Of a stretch of DNA of 64,000 bases, positions 1-11,837 are shown piece by piece (the stretch's first letter is position 1; every line of letters starts with the position of its first letter). Location of the stretch: NCBI GenBank assembly GCA_951406725.2, contig OX597838.1, forward strand, positions 35,402,001 to 35,466,000, given 5' to 3'. Position numbers and translations under genes: made by a program. Below the pieces are notes generated by a model. That model was not told where the DNA came from. It worked only from the letters and a program-made list of their open reading frames with translations, and searched no databases. The stretch comes from Octopus vulgaris (lineage: Eukaryota).

Positions 1-150
1 CTTTTCCAATCTCCCACTGAAACATGTCCAGTAATGTGGAGATATTACCTTACTTGGAAACAGGAGTGGGTTGGTGACAGGCAGGACATCCTGCTCAACA
101 AATTTGTTCTGACCTGTGTAAGCATGCGGAGGTGAATATTAAACGATGAT
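1..150 (+). mobile_element. Degenerate 3' tail of RTE-type LINE
   Basis: GGTTGGTGACAGGCAGGACATCC...GCATG..GA..TG.ATATTAAACGATGAT matches the 3' end of the RTE copy at 15120-15280. Confidence 0.65.
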
Positions 151-424
151 TGTAATGATCACAAGATTCTGATTCCCAGGCAGGGTAGTGGTGCCAATGT
201 TTTTTTAAACAAAAAAACATTTCATGTTACTCTCCAGTCCACTCAGATGTAAATTAGTAACCCTGGCAATAGACTAGCATCTGATGCAGGGGCATGTGTT
301 CTGAATCACTTATATGCCATGGAAACTATGTAGGTAACTGTCCCTTTAAGTCCTAGGACTTGAGACAGCAATGTGTGTGTGTGTGTGTGTGTGTTTGTTT
401 GTATAAAGGGTAAAGAGTAGAGAC

Positions 425-968
425 CCCCTCAGTCACCCAGAAAGTTACACTCTGAGGTACAAATCTGGGCAAGGCTGTTTATGGAAGACCAGCTGTCGCT
501 CATGCATACCTATGTCTTTATTACCCACAAGGGGTTAAACACAGAGGGGACAAACAAGGACAGACACACGGATTAAGTCGATTATATCGACCCCAGTGCA
601 TAACTGGTACTTAATTTATTGACCCCGAAAGGATGAAAGGCAAAGTCGACCTCGGTGGAATTTGAACTCAGAATGTAACTGCAGACAAAATACAGCTACG
701 CATTTCGCCCGGCATGCTAACGGTTCTGCCAGCTCATCGCCTTGCATACCGCCTTGTCCTCACCATACCACTGATGTTATCCAAGAAAAAGGCAAAGGCT
801 GCTACAGCTTGGCACCTGTGATGTTGCAGCTCATTTCTACAGCTGAGTGAACTGGAGCAACGTGTGAAATAAAGTGTGTTGCTCAAGAACACAAAAGCTG
901 GGTCCAGGAATCAAACACATGACTTCATGATTGTGAGCCCAACACCCTAACCACTGAGTCATGTGCCT
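425..968 (-). mobile_element. tRNA-headed SINE (family D), interrupted by a family A SINE
   Basis: Minus strand begins AGGCACATGACTCAGTGGTTAGGGTG (A box) ... GTTTGATTCC (B box) ... GTGTTCTTGAGCAA; related copy at 8412-8660. Confidence 0.65.
511..741 (-). mobile_element. SINE family A (head GGCGGCGAGCTGGCAGAA, central GCCTTTCATCCTTTCGGGGTCGATAAATTAAGTACCAG domain)
   Basis: Close match to copies at 27188, 38669, 53344 and 57999; flanked by direct repeat TGCATACC. Confidence 0.85.
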
Positions 969-975
969 TATATAT

Positions 976-1366
976 GGAGTAGCTGTGTGGTAAGTAGCTT
1001 GCTTACCAACCACATGGCTCCGGGTTCAGTCCCACTGCGTGGCACCTTGGGGGCAAGTGTCTTCTACTGTAGCCTCGGGCCGACCAAAGCCTTGTGAGTG
1101 GATTTGGTAGACGGAAACTGAAAGAAGCCCGTCGTATATATGTATATATATGCGTGTGGGTGTTTGTGTGTCTGTGTTTGTCCCCCTTGCATTGCTTGAC
1201 AACCGATGCTGGTGTGTTTATGTCCCCGTCACTTAGTGGTTTGGCAAAAGAGACTGATAGAATAAGTACTGGGCTTACAAAGAATAAGTCCCAGGGTTGA
1301 TTTGCTCGACTAAAGGCGGTGCTCCAGCATGGCCACTGTCAAATGACTGAAACAAGTAAAAGAGTA
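976..1366 (+). mobile_element. SINE family B (tRNA-like head, CCTTGGGCAAGT CORE-like motif, internal (TA)n/(TG)n)
   Basis: GGAGTAGCTGTGTGGTAAG...GGGTTCAGTCCC...GGCAAGTGTCTTCT...TGACTGAAACAAGTAAAAGAGTA; more than 10 copies in the window. Confidence 0.9.
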
Positions 1367-1399
1367 GACCTTAATGAATACTAATCATACTAACAAGTC

Positions 1400-1880
1400 G
1401 CCAACTCTGCTGCTACATAAGGGGAGAGTATTCTGATTAGACAAGTGAGTGGGAGTGAGAATTCGAGAAATATTGTTGCAGGTTTTTCAGAAGTTAGTTT
1501 TCTCAAAGATATGGTCATTAGTGGAATCAGAGCGATGATATTGCAGCCGTCATGGATCTTTCAGAATTTGGAAGCTTTCAGCTAAGTAATAATCTGCAAT
1601 TTTCTAGCCCTGTTAATGTATGGGATTGATTAGTTCATCAAATTACAGGCTATTTTGCTGTCAATTAATTTCCAAAATGAATTATGACAAATAGGTGGGA
1701 TTCTCTCTGGCCCCTGACCTGAATGACTGTATATGTTGATTGTTTCAGTTCTTGGAGGTATTTGCAGTAACTTTCATATAAATACCCTTGATATCATCTG
1801 TGAACTTTGTGCTTGCTTTTTATGTTTCAAAATTGCCAGAAATATCAAATGCTGCAGGAATTCTGGTAGCAATGGAGTAA
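1400..1880 (-). mobile_element. Possible old, degenerate CR1-like RT remnant
   Basis: Minus strand around 1810-1785 reads KFTDDIK, resembling the CR1 KFADDTK catalytic motif; the remainder is heavily decayed. Confidence 0.35.
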
Positions 1881-2782
1881 ATCATCAGCGGTCCACTAAA
1901 ACACACACACACACACACATGTGTGTGTGTGTGTGTGTGTGTAAATGGGTCGAATTGAAAACTGCAGGGTGTGATTTGAAGAAAATTTTGCTGCTGAATC
2001 TTGCAGGTTGATTGCCTATCATTTTTATATCAGAGACTATATTCTTCAATATAAAATTTATCTAAATTGGTAAAGTGAGGAAGTTTTGGCTGTTATTTTC
2101 AACCAGCTGAATGACTGTGTATCTGCAACTTGTTGGACAAAATTGTTTGTCAGTGAACTGTCTTCTGTCTTACACTCTTTATTAAATATCTTCATATCTT
2201 CAGAGCAGGTGGCTGAACTAACAGGCTAGTTAACTTCATTACTTCAGTTACTTTTAGAGACCATGTGAGTTTTGATAGGAAGAGTGCTTTCTTCTTTTGG
2301 TGGGGTTACATACCTTAACGCATATGTGCGCATGCACAAAGACACACACACACACACAGACACACTTACACACACACAGATATACACAGAGGATGGATTA
2401 CATGGTTCTGGAAATGTAAATACTTTTGTATTGAATTGTTGGAAAAGGAGCTGAAGTGGTCTCTTTTTTTTTACTTCTTATTCTTCAGGTTTGTATTTTA
2501 CAGCAAGTTGCTGCTTTCTGCCAACATGCAACTCATTTGTTTAAGAGGCATCCCTAGAATACGCAAGCCTCCCACCCCACCACCTATACTCTGTAGACAT
2601 TCTCTTAGTATTTATTCACTCAATGAACCAGTGGGACATTGTCAGCTTAATAGTCTCTTGATCTGCTCAATATAACAGTTAAATCATTGTCAATAATCTC
2701 CCTGCTTTCCTTTAACAATGGAATAAAATGGTAGGGAGGTGGGTCGAGTGGACGGTTAAGTGCGGAAGAAGAAGAGGTAATC

Positions 2783-3013
2783 GAGTAGTAGTAGTAGTAG
2801 TAGTTGTAGTAGTGGTGGTGGTGGTGGTGGTGGTAGTGCTGCTGGTGCATGGCTATAAAGACTGAATGGCTATAACTAGAAACATCAACTGAATACCTTG
2901 TTTTATTGGTTGCCATTTTTCTCTTGCTCTGTACGCGTGTCCCTGTTGATGTGTGAGTGGGTGTCTATGTGTGTAAATGGGTTTTACTATATATGTACAT
3001 ATTTGTGTGTGTA

Positions 3014-3045
<32 letters not shown>

Positions 3046-3253
3046 CGCATATGTGTGTATACATGTATATATTCACACACATATGTATGTACATACATAT
3101 ATATACACACACACACACACACACATATGCATGTAGATACAGGTGTGCATGTATGTATACATGAATGTGGATATGTGTGTGTGTGTGTGTGTGTATACGT
3201 TAAATTGCATTGTATGTATGTGTATTCATGCATGTGTATGCGTGCGTGTGTAA

Positions 3254-3290
<37 letters not shown>

Positions 3291-3300
3291 AGTCTGTATA
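2783..3300. repeat. (GTA)n/(GTG)n followed by compound (TA)n/(CA)n/(TG)n microsatellites
   Basis: Read directly from the sequence. Confidence 0.95.
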
Positions 3301-3599
3301 TATGGTATCTGTATATTACAACCTTTTCCCTTTTCCCCCCGAGTCTTTTTTTTCTCATTCTAGAATATTCAATCCTACTTGAAAATCACACGCACACACG
3401 CACACGCACACACACACACCACCGTTTGCATGCAAAAGTCATCAATTTATCATACACATGCATGGAGATGTGTCCAAATGCATAATACAGATTCGTACAC
3501 ACACACAGACACACACATTTACATACGGTCATACATGTGCACACATACATATGCATACCAGAATGAATAAGAAGTGAGGACACTGGATGGGAATAAGCA

Positions 3600-3632
3600 A
3601 AAATAATAATAATAATAATGATGACAACAATA

Positions 3633-3664
<32 letters not shown>

Positions 3665-3727
3665 GACAATAATAATAATAATAATAATAATAATGATAAT
3701 AATAATAATAATAATGATAATGATGAC

Positions 3728-3759
<32 letters not shown>

Positions 3760-3916
3760 TAATAATGATAATGATGACAATAATAATAATAATAATAATA
3801 ATGATAATAATAATAATAATAATGATAATAATGATTATAATAATAATAGTAATAATAATAATGATAATAATAATAACAATAATGATAATAATGATAATAA
3901 TAATAGTGATGATGAT
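3600..3916. repeat. (AAT)n microsatellite with recurring GATAATGATGAC interruptions (~60-bp higher-order period)
   Basis: Lines starting at 3661 and 3721 begin identically; source of the poly-Asn/poly-Ile pseudo-ORFs. Confidence 0.95.
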
Positions 3917-4114
3917 ATATTAAGTTCTTTATGTCCTTATAGAGAATGCATAAAATCAAATTTTCTGTCTTTGCTGGTCACAAGACAATTCAGTTGTCAC
4001 AGTTTTGAATTGATATGGCTGTGGAATAGATATATTTTCATTTTCTTTGTACAGTTTTCACCCCAACCCCCTTTCTCACGCACATTACATCTTCATATAC
4101 GTAGTTTCTAGTTT

Positions 4115-4187
4115 ATGCGAGCTGTGCAAACAGATATGATATCTACTCTGCTGTCCTCAGCTCTGCTACTGCGGGTTCTTAATATAG
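4115..4187 (+). CDS. Candidate first coding exon, signal-peptide-like MRAVQTDMISTLLSSALLLRVLNI(G), phase-1 donor
   Basis: Acceptor TTTTCATTTTCTTTGTACAG ends at 4054; in-frame TAG at 4109-4111 precedes ATG at 4115; donor ATAG|GTAAGG at 4187/4188; non-repetitive sequence. Confidence 0.45.
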
Positions 4188-4636
4188 GTAAGGTAGAGAG
4201 GTATTTGCCCATTATTTCGTTTTTTGTTGTTTTTTTTTCTGTAATATTTTTAGATATTTTTTTTTTTTACAGTTGACAATACTTTATTCAAAATATTTTA
4301 GGACTAGAATTCTTTCAGATTTTGGATTTTTTTTTTCATGTTTGTATTATGAGATTATTGTATATTTGCTCTGTAAAGTAGGAGAGCTTGAAAATGGGAC
4401 CCAAATTTAAACATATTATCCATTTGCATTTTATTATACAGCTTGTATATATATGTAGTTTTATATAAATTTTGGTAGTTTTATATAAATTTTCTGCTTG
4501 TTCAGTTTCATGCATGCAACAACCTCATTTTCTGAATGCTTCATTTAATAAACTTTCACCTCATTATCACACTTTTCTCATCTTTTCTATCACATTTTTA
4601 TTAGACTCAGGTGAGGATACACACAAAAACCCAATT

Positions 4637-4881
4637 CAGCGTTTCTCAACCATTTTTTTACCTGCGGACCCCTTTGATTCCTATTTTACTCAGGTGGCCC
4701 AAAAAATCCTATTATATTTTTATAATTAAATATCACTAAGAATCATATATAAAAAAAAAATTACTAAAATGTTTTGTGTATTGTTGAAGTATAAACCAAT
4801 TTATTACACACAATTTTTAACAGCAAAATCTTATATGAACCCTTCAGGGTCATATGGACGGACCCTGGTTGAGAACCACTG
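4637..4881 (+). mobile_element. hAT-type MITE
   Basis: Terminal inverted repeats CAGCGTTTCTCAACCA ... TGGTTGAGAACCACTG; related inverted copy at 8751-9073; no intact TSD seen. Confidence 0.75.
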
Positions 4882-4889
4882 ATTTTTAT

Positions 4890-5920
4890 ACCTACCTCTC
4901 CTCTTCTGACGATCACATGCTGGAGCTGGTGTATTACTGTACCAACACCTGTAGTTCTAGCATCTGATTCAACCTCTTGATTCCCATCGCTTGTGAATAC
5001 GGCCCCAAAATACTTCAGCCTCTCCGCTTGTCTCAGTGTTGTTCCTCTGGCATGCAGAGAGTGATTTAGCATCTATTTTTTGCTGGTCATCAGCTTGATA
5101 TGTTTGCTGGTCATCAGCTTGCAGAGTGCACCAGAGAGACTCTTTGGAGTAGACCACTGTCTCCATCTTTGCAACAATAATTCTCATCCCTGCTTTGTAG
5201 CAATCAGCAGTGAACCAATTCGATGAATGCTGGAGAAAACCTTCTGATGAACCGACTTGTATCATCTTTTGAAGATAGACAATTGCGATTTGAGAGTGAT
5301 TTAGCATCTATTTTTTGCTGGTCATCAGCTTGCAGAGGGCACCAGAGAGACTCTTTGGAGTAGACCACTGTCTCCATCTTTACAACACTAATTCTCATCC
5401 CTGCTTTGTAGCAATCAGCAGTGAACCAATTCTATGAATGCTGGAGAAAACCTTCTGATGAACCGACTTGTATCATCTTTTGAAGATAGACAATTGCGAT
5501 TTGAGAGTGATTTAGCATCTATTTTTTGCTGGTCATCAGCTTGCAGAGGGCACCAGAGAGACTCTTTGGAGTAGACCACTGTCTCCATCTTTACAACACT
5601 AATTCTCATCCCTGCTTTGTAGCAATCAGCAGTGAACCAATTCTGTGAATGCTGGAGAAAACCTTCTGATGAACCGACTTGTATCATCTTTTGAAGATAG
5701 ACAATTGCGATTTGAGAGTGATTTAGCATCTATTTTTTGCTGGTCATCAGCTTGCAGAGGGCACCAGAGAGACTCTTTGGAGTAGACCACTGTCTCCATC
5801 TTTACAACACTAATTCTCATCCCTGCTTTGTAGCAATCAGCAGTGAACCAATTCGATGAATGCTGGAGAAAACCTTCTGATGAACCGACTTGTACCACGT
5901 TGCCTGCAAATATCAGCCTA
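4890..5920 (-). mobile_element. LINE reverse-transcriptase fragment (RTE/L2-like) with internal tandem amplification
   Basis: Minus strand LIFAGNVVQVGSSEGFLQHS...KAGMRISVVKMETVV...TLRQAERLKYFGAVFTSDG corresponds to a decayed FADD...GMRIS..KT...FKYLG RT region. Confidence 0.75.
5057..5893. repeat. 211-bp tandem repeat, ~4 near-identical copies
   Basis: AATTGCGATT recurs at 5281, 5492 and 5703 (period 211). Confidence 0.95.
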
Positions 5921-5940
5921 TTGATGCTGCACCCACCAAT

Positions 5941-6593
5941 TACTCTTACTCTTTACTCTTTTACTTGTTTCAGTCATTTGACTGCGGCCATGCTGGAGCA
6001 CCGCCTTTAGTCGAGCAACTCGACTCCGGGACTTATTCTTTGTTAGCCCAGTACTTATTCTATCGGTCTGTTTTGCCGAACCGCTAAATGACGGGGACGT
6101 AAACACACCAGCATCGGTTGTCAAGCAATGCTAGGGGGACAAACACAGATACACAAACACACACATGCATATATATATATACTAGCAGTATCGCCCGGCG
6201 TTGCTCAGGTTTGTAAGGGAAATAACTATAAAGCATTTTTAGAGAGTTATAGCCAAAAAATAGCAAAAAAATGGAAAAAAAATGATGGTAAATTTTTTTG
6301 AGAGTTAAAACAGGTGGAGTTGCGTCCCCTAGACGGTCTGTGGTTTGGGTTTCTCATTCTCGACCCCATGTCGAATTTATCGATTTTTTTCAGAACTGGG
6401 GGAACTTTTCAAAATTTTCGCTGCGTTAGTTTTGAATTATGACATTGGGCTATGTGTGTGTCAAGTTTCATCAGAATCGGTTGAAAGCTGTGGTCAGAGT
6501 GAGGGTACGAGAAAATAGACACACAGAAACACGCACAGACAAACTGCCGTTTATATAGAGAGAGATATATACATATATACGACGGGCTTCTTT
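5941..6593 (-). mobile_element. SINE family B (partial) split by a Helitron insertion in its (TA)n tract
   Basis: 3' part at 5941-6180; SINE resumes as ATATACGACGGGCTTCTTT at ~6575-6593. Confidence 0.85.
6182..6565 (-). mobile_element. Non-autonomous Helitron
   Basis: Minus strand starts TCTCTCTCTATATAAA and ends GC-rich hairpin (CCTGAGCAACGCCGGG) + CTAG, inserted between A and T with no TSD; internal AAGTTTCATCAGAATCGGTTGA motif of Lep1-like helitrons. Confidence 0.8.
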
Positions 6594-6599
6594 GTGATA

Positions 6600-6770
6600 C
6601 CACTTCAATAATTACCTCATTATCCACACTTCTGTTAACCTCATTATCATGCTTCTCTTAGCCTTATTACAACACTTCCATTTGCCTCATACCTCTGCTA
6701 GCCTAATTATCACACTTCTGTAAGCCTACTTGTCACACCTCTATAAGCCTCACACTTTTGTTAGCTGCTT
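6600..6770. repeat. Degenerate ~23-bp minisatellite (consensus ~CCTCATTATCACACTTCTGTTAG)
   Basis: About 7 diverged units visible. Confidence 0.6.
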
Positions 6771-6842
6771 AGCTCCTGTTTGGACATCATCATTGTATTA
6801 CAATCATTGCAACTGACGCCATCCCACCAACACCACCACCGT

Positions 6843-7035
6843 GAAGGCGCAAAGGCCCAGTGGTTAGAGCAGCGGACTCGCGGTTGTAAGAACACAGTTT
6901 CGATTCCCAGACCGGGCATTGTGAGTGTTTATTGAGCAAAAACACCTAAGCTCCATGAGGTTCCAGTGGGGATGGGAGTGGGGGTGAACCCCACTGTAAT
7001 CTTTCACCACAACTTTCTCTCACTCTTTCTTCTTA
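6843..7035 (+). mobile_element. SINE family C, head and body only
   Basis: GGCGCAAAGGCCCAGTGGTTAGAGCAGCGGACTCGCGG...TTCGATTCCCAGACCGGGC; matches the copy at 12630. Confidence 0.8.
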
Positions 7036-8411
7036 CTTCTGTCACAAAGCAGAGGAACCATGGTGTGACCTACTATGGTGTGGTAAACTTTCAGACCCTA
7101 GTCTAGATTGTGAATCCTCTGTACCCCAGGATGGTTCAGCTCTCCACCCATTAAAAGCCACCGTTTATGGGATGAGGATAACAACGTAGCTTTCGCGCCC
7201 GTGCAACCGCCAGTATATCACGTGTGGTGGGTGGATCTTCAAGTTGCCACACGCATTCTTAGTAGCTTAGAGTAGGCTCGAATTAGAGATTATTCTTTGT
7301 GGCTAATGGCGTAAGTTCTGATTGGAAGAAGAAGAAGACACCACCACCACCACCACCACCACCACCACCACCACCACCATCTCGACATGGATGTGAAAAT
7401 AGATGTGAAACTGTTCATAATAATGACCTTGTTCTGTCTGCCTTTTCTTTTTGAAGATAGACAATTGCGATTTGAGAGTGATTTAGCATCTATTTTTTGC
7501 TGGTCATCAGCTTGATATGTGTGCAGTTTGTGCTTTGTGTGGGCAGTGTACAGAAAACTGGCATCTGCTTTAATCTCTTGAACTTTCTGCATGTGTTTGA
7601 GGGAACTGAATTAAATTAAATTAAATTTTTTTGCATTGCTTACTTAGATAGAGACACGACTAAGTGGCTGAGAAGTTTGTTTCACAACCACGTAGTTTAG
7701 AGTTCAGTTCCACTGCATGGTACCATGGGCAAATGTCTTCCACTGTAGTTCCAGACCAATCAAAGCCTTATGAGATGATTTGGGACATGGAAACTGAAAG
7801 AAGCACATAATTGTGTGTGTGTGTGTGCACGTGCGTGTACACGTGTGTGTGCAAGCATGCGTGTGTTTACATATGAGCTTCTTTGAAAAATTACCCATCT
7901 ACAAGTGAAGATGTCGTTTCTCCTATCAAATGGTTTACACCTCTGATAGTGTCTATAATAAAAGATTTCTTGCTTGATAAACAAGTAAGGGTTAGCAGCA
8001 GGAAGGACATCCATCTGATTGCAAAACGATGCCTGGGTCATGTATTCACCTAATCTATGCTTGCATAGCAAAATGAATGTTTAAAAAAAAAAGGGATAAC
8101 TAAACACTGATGTTAGAAAAGACAGACCAGTACATGTGATGTGGTGCTTCTTAACAAGGTCTGAGAAAACCATGACTCAAGATTTCTCCTCAAAACAGAG
8201 ACCTGTTCCATCTCCATGTAGTGGAATGATACTCCACTGAGGGACACCTAAACACTCTGTCCTTAGGCATTCCCTTAGCAATATTTCCTGTATTCTGTTT
8301 CTTAGACCAGGCACTAACTATATCAGTGATAATGTCATCATACTGAAACTTGGTTCTTATTTGGCCGTTTCTTTCTTGTATTCTTTTAGTAATCTTATTC
8401 AGTCAGCCTAA

Positions 8412-8660
8412 AGGCAGTGGCCTAGTGGTTACGTTGTTGCACGTAGAATTGCAAGAGACCATGGTTTCAGTTTCTGGACTGGACGGTGTGTTGTGTTCTT
8501 GAGCAAAACACTTCCTTTCGTGTTGCTCCATTCTACCCAGCTGCAAGTAAGTCAACCCTGCAATGGACTGGCATCTGGTCCAGGGAAAGTATTCTCATTT
8601 CAGTCACTTACAGGTCATGGAAACTAGGTAATTGGGCCTATAAGTTCTCTGACTCAAGAC
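8412..8660 (+). mobile_element. SINE family D-related copy
   Basis: GGCAGTGGCCTAGTGGTTA...GTGTTCTTGAGCAAAACACTT...AACCCTGCAATGGACTGGCATC. Confidence 0.6.
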
Positions 8661-8750
8661 AGTACTGTCCAGGCTTATTCATTCAATGGTGATGGATCCT
8701 CTTTCAAACTATTTTTTATGGTTTAGTTCTGTGACTCTTGACCAGGGTCC

Positions 8751-9073
8751 ATATGGCCCCTGAAGATCTACATAAGATTTTGGGGGATCCACATAACAAA
8801 ACAGTAAATCAGGAACTCCTGAAAAAATTTTGCTTTAGATGTATGTATTGGTATGTATTTTATTCCAGCAGAATAAAAGAAACAGCGAGGTTTCTTTCTC
8901 TAACATCTGACATAGTTCAACCTACACGAGTTAATGCATGAAAAAAGAAAAAGGAATTTTAAAAGAAGTTTCTATACAACTAGTTTTTGATCATAGAATG
9001 GCTGTTGGGGCCCACCAGAATAAAATATTAATCAAAGGGGGTCCATAGATAAGAAAAATGGTTGAAAACCCCA
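8751..9073 (-). mobile_element. hAT-type MITE, inverted relative of 4637-4881
   Basis: CAGGGTCCATATGGCCCCTGAAG at the left end and GGGGTCCATAGATAAGAAAAATGGTTGAAAACCCC at the right end. Confidence 0.65.
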
Positions 9074-9519
9074 GGTTTAGTCGGAGGAAGAAGGGTAACT
9101 CCTATAGTAGCTTCTAGGGCTTCTGATATTACTTGGAAGACAGGAGTAAAATGTACCTCTGAATCGGAGACCCCTGAAATGGCGACAGGGTGGGATTTGT
9201 ATAAACCACCCAGATGTCAGGTGCTTGTATTAAACTGAGTAATACAGATTAATACTTTTGTTAGTTGAAATACATTGCTTGTGTTCCACTTAATTTTGAG
9301 AAAAATATTAAGAATTTAGTAAAATAACTTTGCCAAACAATTTGACAAGAAATTTTGACAGAAAGACTGAAGTTAGATGATTTTTAAAACAGGACATTTG
9401 TATCTTAGATTCTTGGGTTGGTATCAAAAACATTAAGTCTATCTTGTTGATTATACTTCTCAGGTACTTATTTATAGATTCTTGTATGATATGAAATGCA
9501 AAGTAGATGTGGGCACAAT

Positions 9520-9890
9520 TGCGGTGATGATGCTGACGATGGTGATGTTAGTGACTGCTATGATGAAAGTGGTGATGGTGGAGGTGATGGCAACACAGCG
9601 ATGATGTTGGTAGTGGCGGCTGGAGGATGATAATATCATGATAATAATTGTAGTGGTGATGGCAACACACCAATGGTTGTGGTAGTGGTTGGTGATGGTA
9701 ACGCAGTGATATTAGTGGTGACGGCGTAGTTGATGGTAAAATTGGTGGTACTGGTAATGGTGGAGATGATAAAACAGAGATGGTGGCGTAATGGCAGCGC
9801 CGGTGGTAGTGATTTTTAAGAAAGTTTTAGTGATGGTGAGAGTGAAAGCACTGGGGTGGTGGTAGTGGTGTTAACAAAGTGGTATTAGTA
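9520..9890. repeat. Degenerate (GGT/GAT)n low-complexity tract
   Basis: Read directly from the sequence. Confidence 0.85.
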
Positions 9891-10139
9891 GTCTACTTGT
9901 AGTTATTATCTGACTTTTATAATAAGGTTAAAGTTCAAGATAAATTTACTCTAATGTGTGTATTTATAGGTATATCTGTGTGCACATTTGCATGTGTGTG
10001 TGTGTATGTGTGTGTGTACATACATATGTCAATATAGGTACACCTGTGCATGTGTATGTGTGTATACATTCATGCATATGTGAATACAGGTACATCTGTG
10101 TGTGTATATATATTATATGTTAACATGTGTGTTTCTATG

Positions 10140-10140
10140 C

Positions 10141-10189
<49 letters not shown>

Positions 10190-10303
10190 TATATATATAT
10201 ATATGCATATATATATATATATGCATATATATATATATATGCATATATATATATATATATATATATATGCATATATATGCATATATATATATATATATGT
10301 ATA

Positions 10304-10343
<40 letters not shown>
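10140..10343. repeat. (TA)n with periodic GC interruptions
   Basis: Read directly from the sequence. Confidence 0.95.
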
Positions 10344-10348
<5 letters not shown>

Positions 10349-10945
10349 TAGCTTCAGTGTAGCTTCAGGCAAGACTCATATATTTTATCTTACTTTATTT
10401 CATTTTTTTTTTTTTTGACTGAAAATTAATTCTTTTTGCCATAAAAGTTAACTCGTGTAACTGGTAAGGATGTGGAGGTTAGCTGGGAGATGAGATGTTG
10501 CAGAGAAAAAAAAAACAAAAAAACTTTTTCTCTGAAGGAAGTTTCTTTAACATCATCATCATCATCACCGTCATCATCTTCAACATCTTCAGCTTCTTCT
10601 GCACATATATAATATATATATATATATATTTATTTTTTTTTTTACTTGTTCATCATTATAATTTTCTTGTTGTTGTTGTCTTTAGCTGGTCTGCTGGTAT
10701 GTTTGTTGGTTGGTTGGCTTCCTATCTCCTATAAACATTGCTGACCTCACTCCCCCTCCACCCCATCCACCACACCCCACATGTCTCTTCTCCTCTTCCG
10801 CTCCATCATCTCATGGCTATGCAAAACTTCCTACTCCTTCCACCTTTACCGATTGACTCCCTCCTCCCTCACCTTCACCCACTTCTCTGTCTGTCTGTCT
10901 ACCTGTCTGCCCCCCCTCCCGCCACTCTATCTCTGTGTCTCTTTT

Positions 10946-10984
<39 letters not shown>

Positions 10985-11323
10985 ACAGCCAAAGTAACAT
11001 CGACCTACTTTGGATTGAACTTACAAAGAAACAAGAAGAAAAATAATAATAATAATAATCATCAGAAAATCATCATCATCATCATCATCATTTCTTCATC
11101 ATATAATTATTTTGTAAACAAAACAAAACAAAACAACACTATCAAAACTGAATAAACATGTACACACACACACACACACACACACATACACACACAATTC
11201 CCAAATGCATATATACACATTTGCATACGTATCCATACATACATACATACACGCACATTCATCGAGATATCTATGTAACATCTACACATACATGCATATA
11301 TATTGTAACATGCATATGCATGT

Positions 11324-11363
<40 letters not shown>

Positions 11364-11479
11364 AAATGCGTGTGCTGAGAATTTTTTTTGCGAGAAAGGT
11401 AATTAAAAGACCATCGCCAACAACAAGAGGAAAAATAAAATTATATACTGTATATGTATAAACAAACAACACACAATGT

Positions 11480-11496
11480 GCATATATATATATATA

Positions 11497-11541
<45 letters not shown>

Positions 11542-11837
11542 ATATGTATATATGTGTATATGTGTATATGTATATATGTATATATATGTATATATGTGTA
11601 TATATATATATATGTATATATGTGTATATATATATGTATATATGTGTATATATATACATGTATATATGTATATATGTGTATATATATACATGTATATATG
11701 TATATATGTATATATATATAATTGTATATATGTATGTATGTATGTATATAAAATATACTTGTATTCATTTAGAAGAATTAAGATGTTACCTTGTCAAGTT
11801 CATGTGTCTGGTTATCACATATATCTGTGTTTGTACG

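Noticed and set aside
2853-3959. Long YI/HT/VC, poly-Asn and poly-Ile ORFs here and throughout the track (e.g. 28847-29968, 48848-49815)
   Set aside because: Translations of stop-free microsatellites
5243-5280. CTGATGA in each 211-bp unit as a hammerhead (retrozyme-like satellite)
   Set aside because: Followed by GAAG rather than GAAA, with no helix II or helix I pairing; it is simply antisense to RT codons
5057-5893. 211-bp array as a CRISPR array
   Set aside because: Whole units are repeated with no unique spacers; eukaryotic context and no cas genes
11366-11404. ATG...AAG|GTAATT mini-exon ([11 protein letters not shown]), and the similar MRDFLVFT|GTAAGT at 20971-21000
   Set aside because: Very short, no homology or other support; indistinguishable from chance donors
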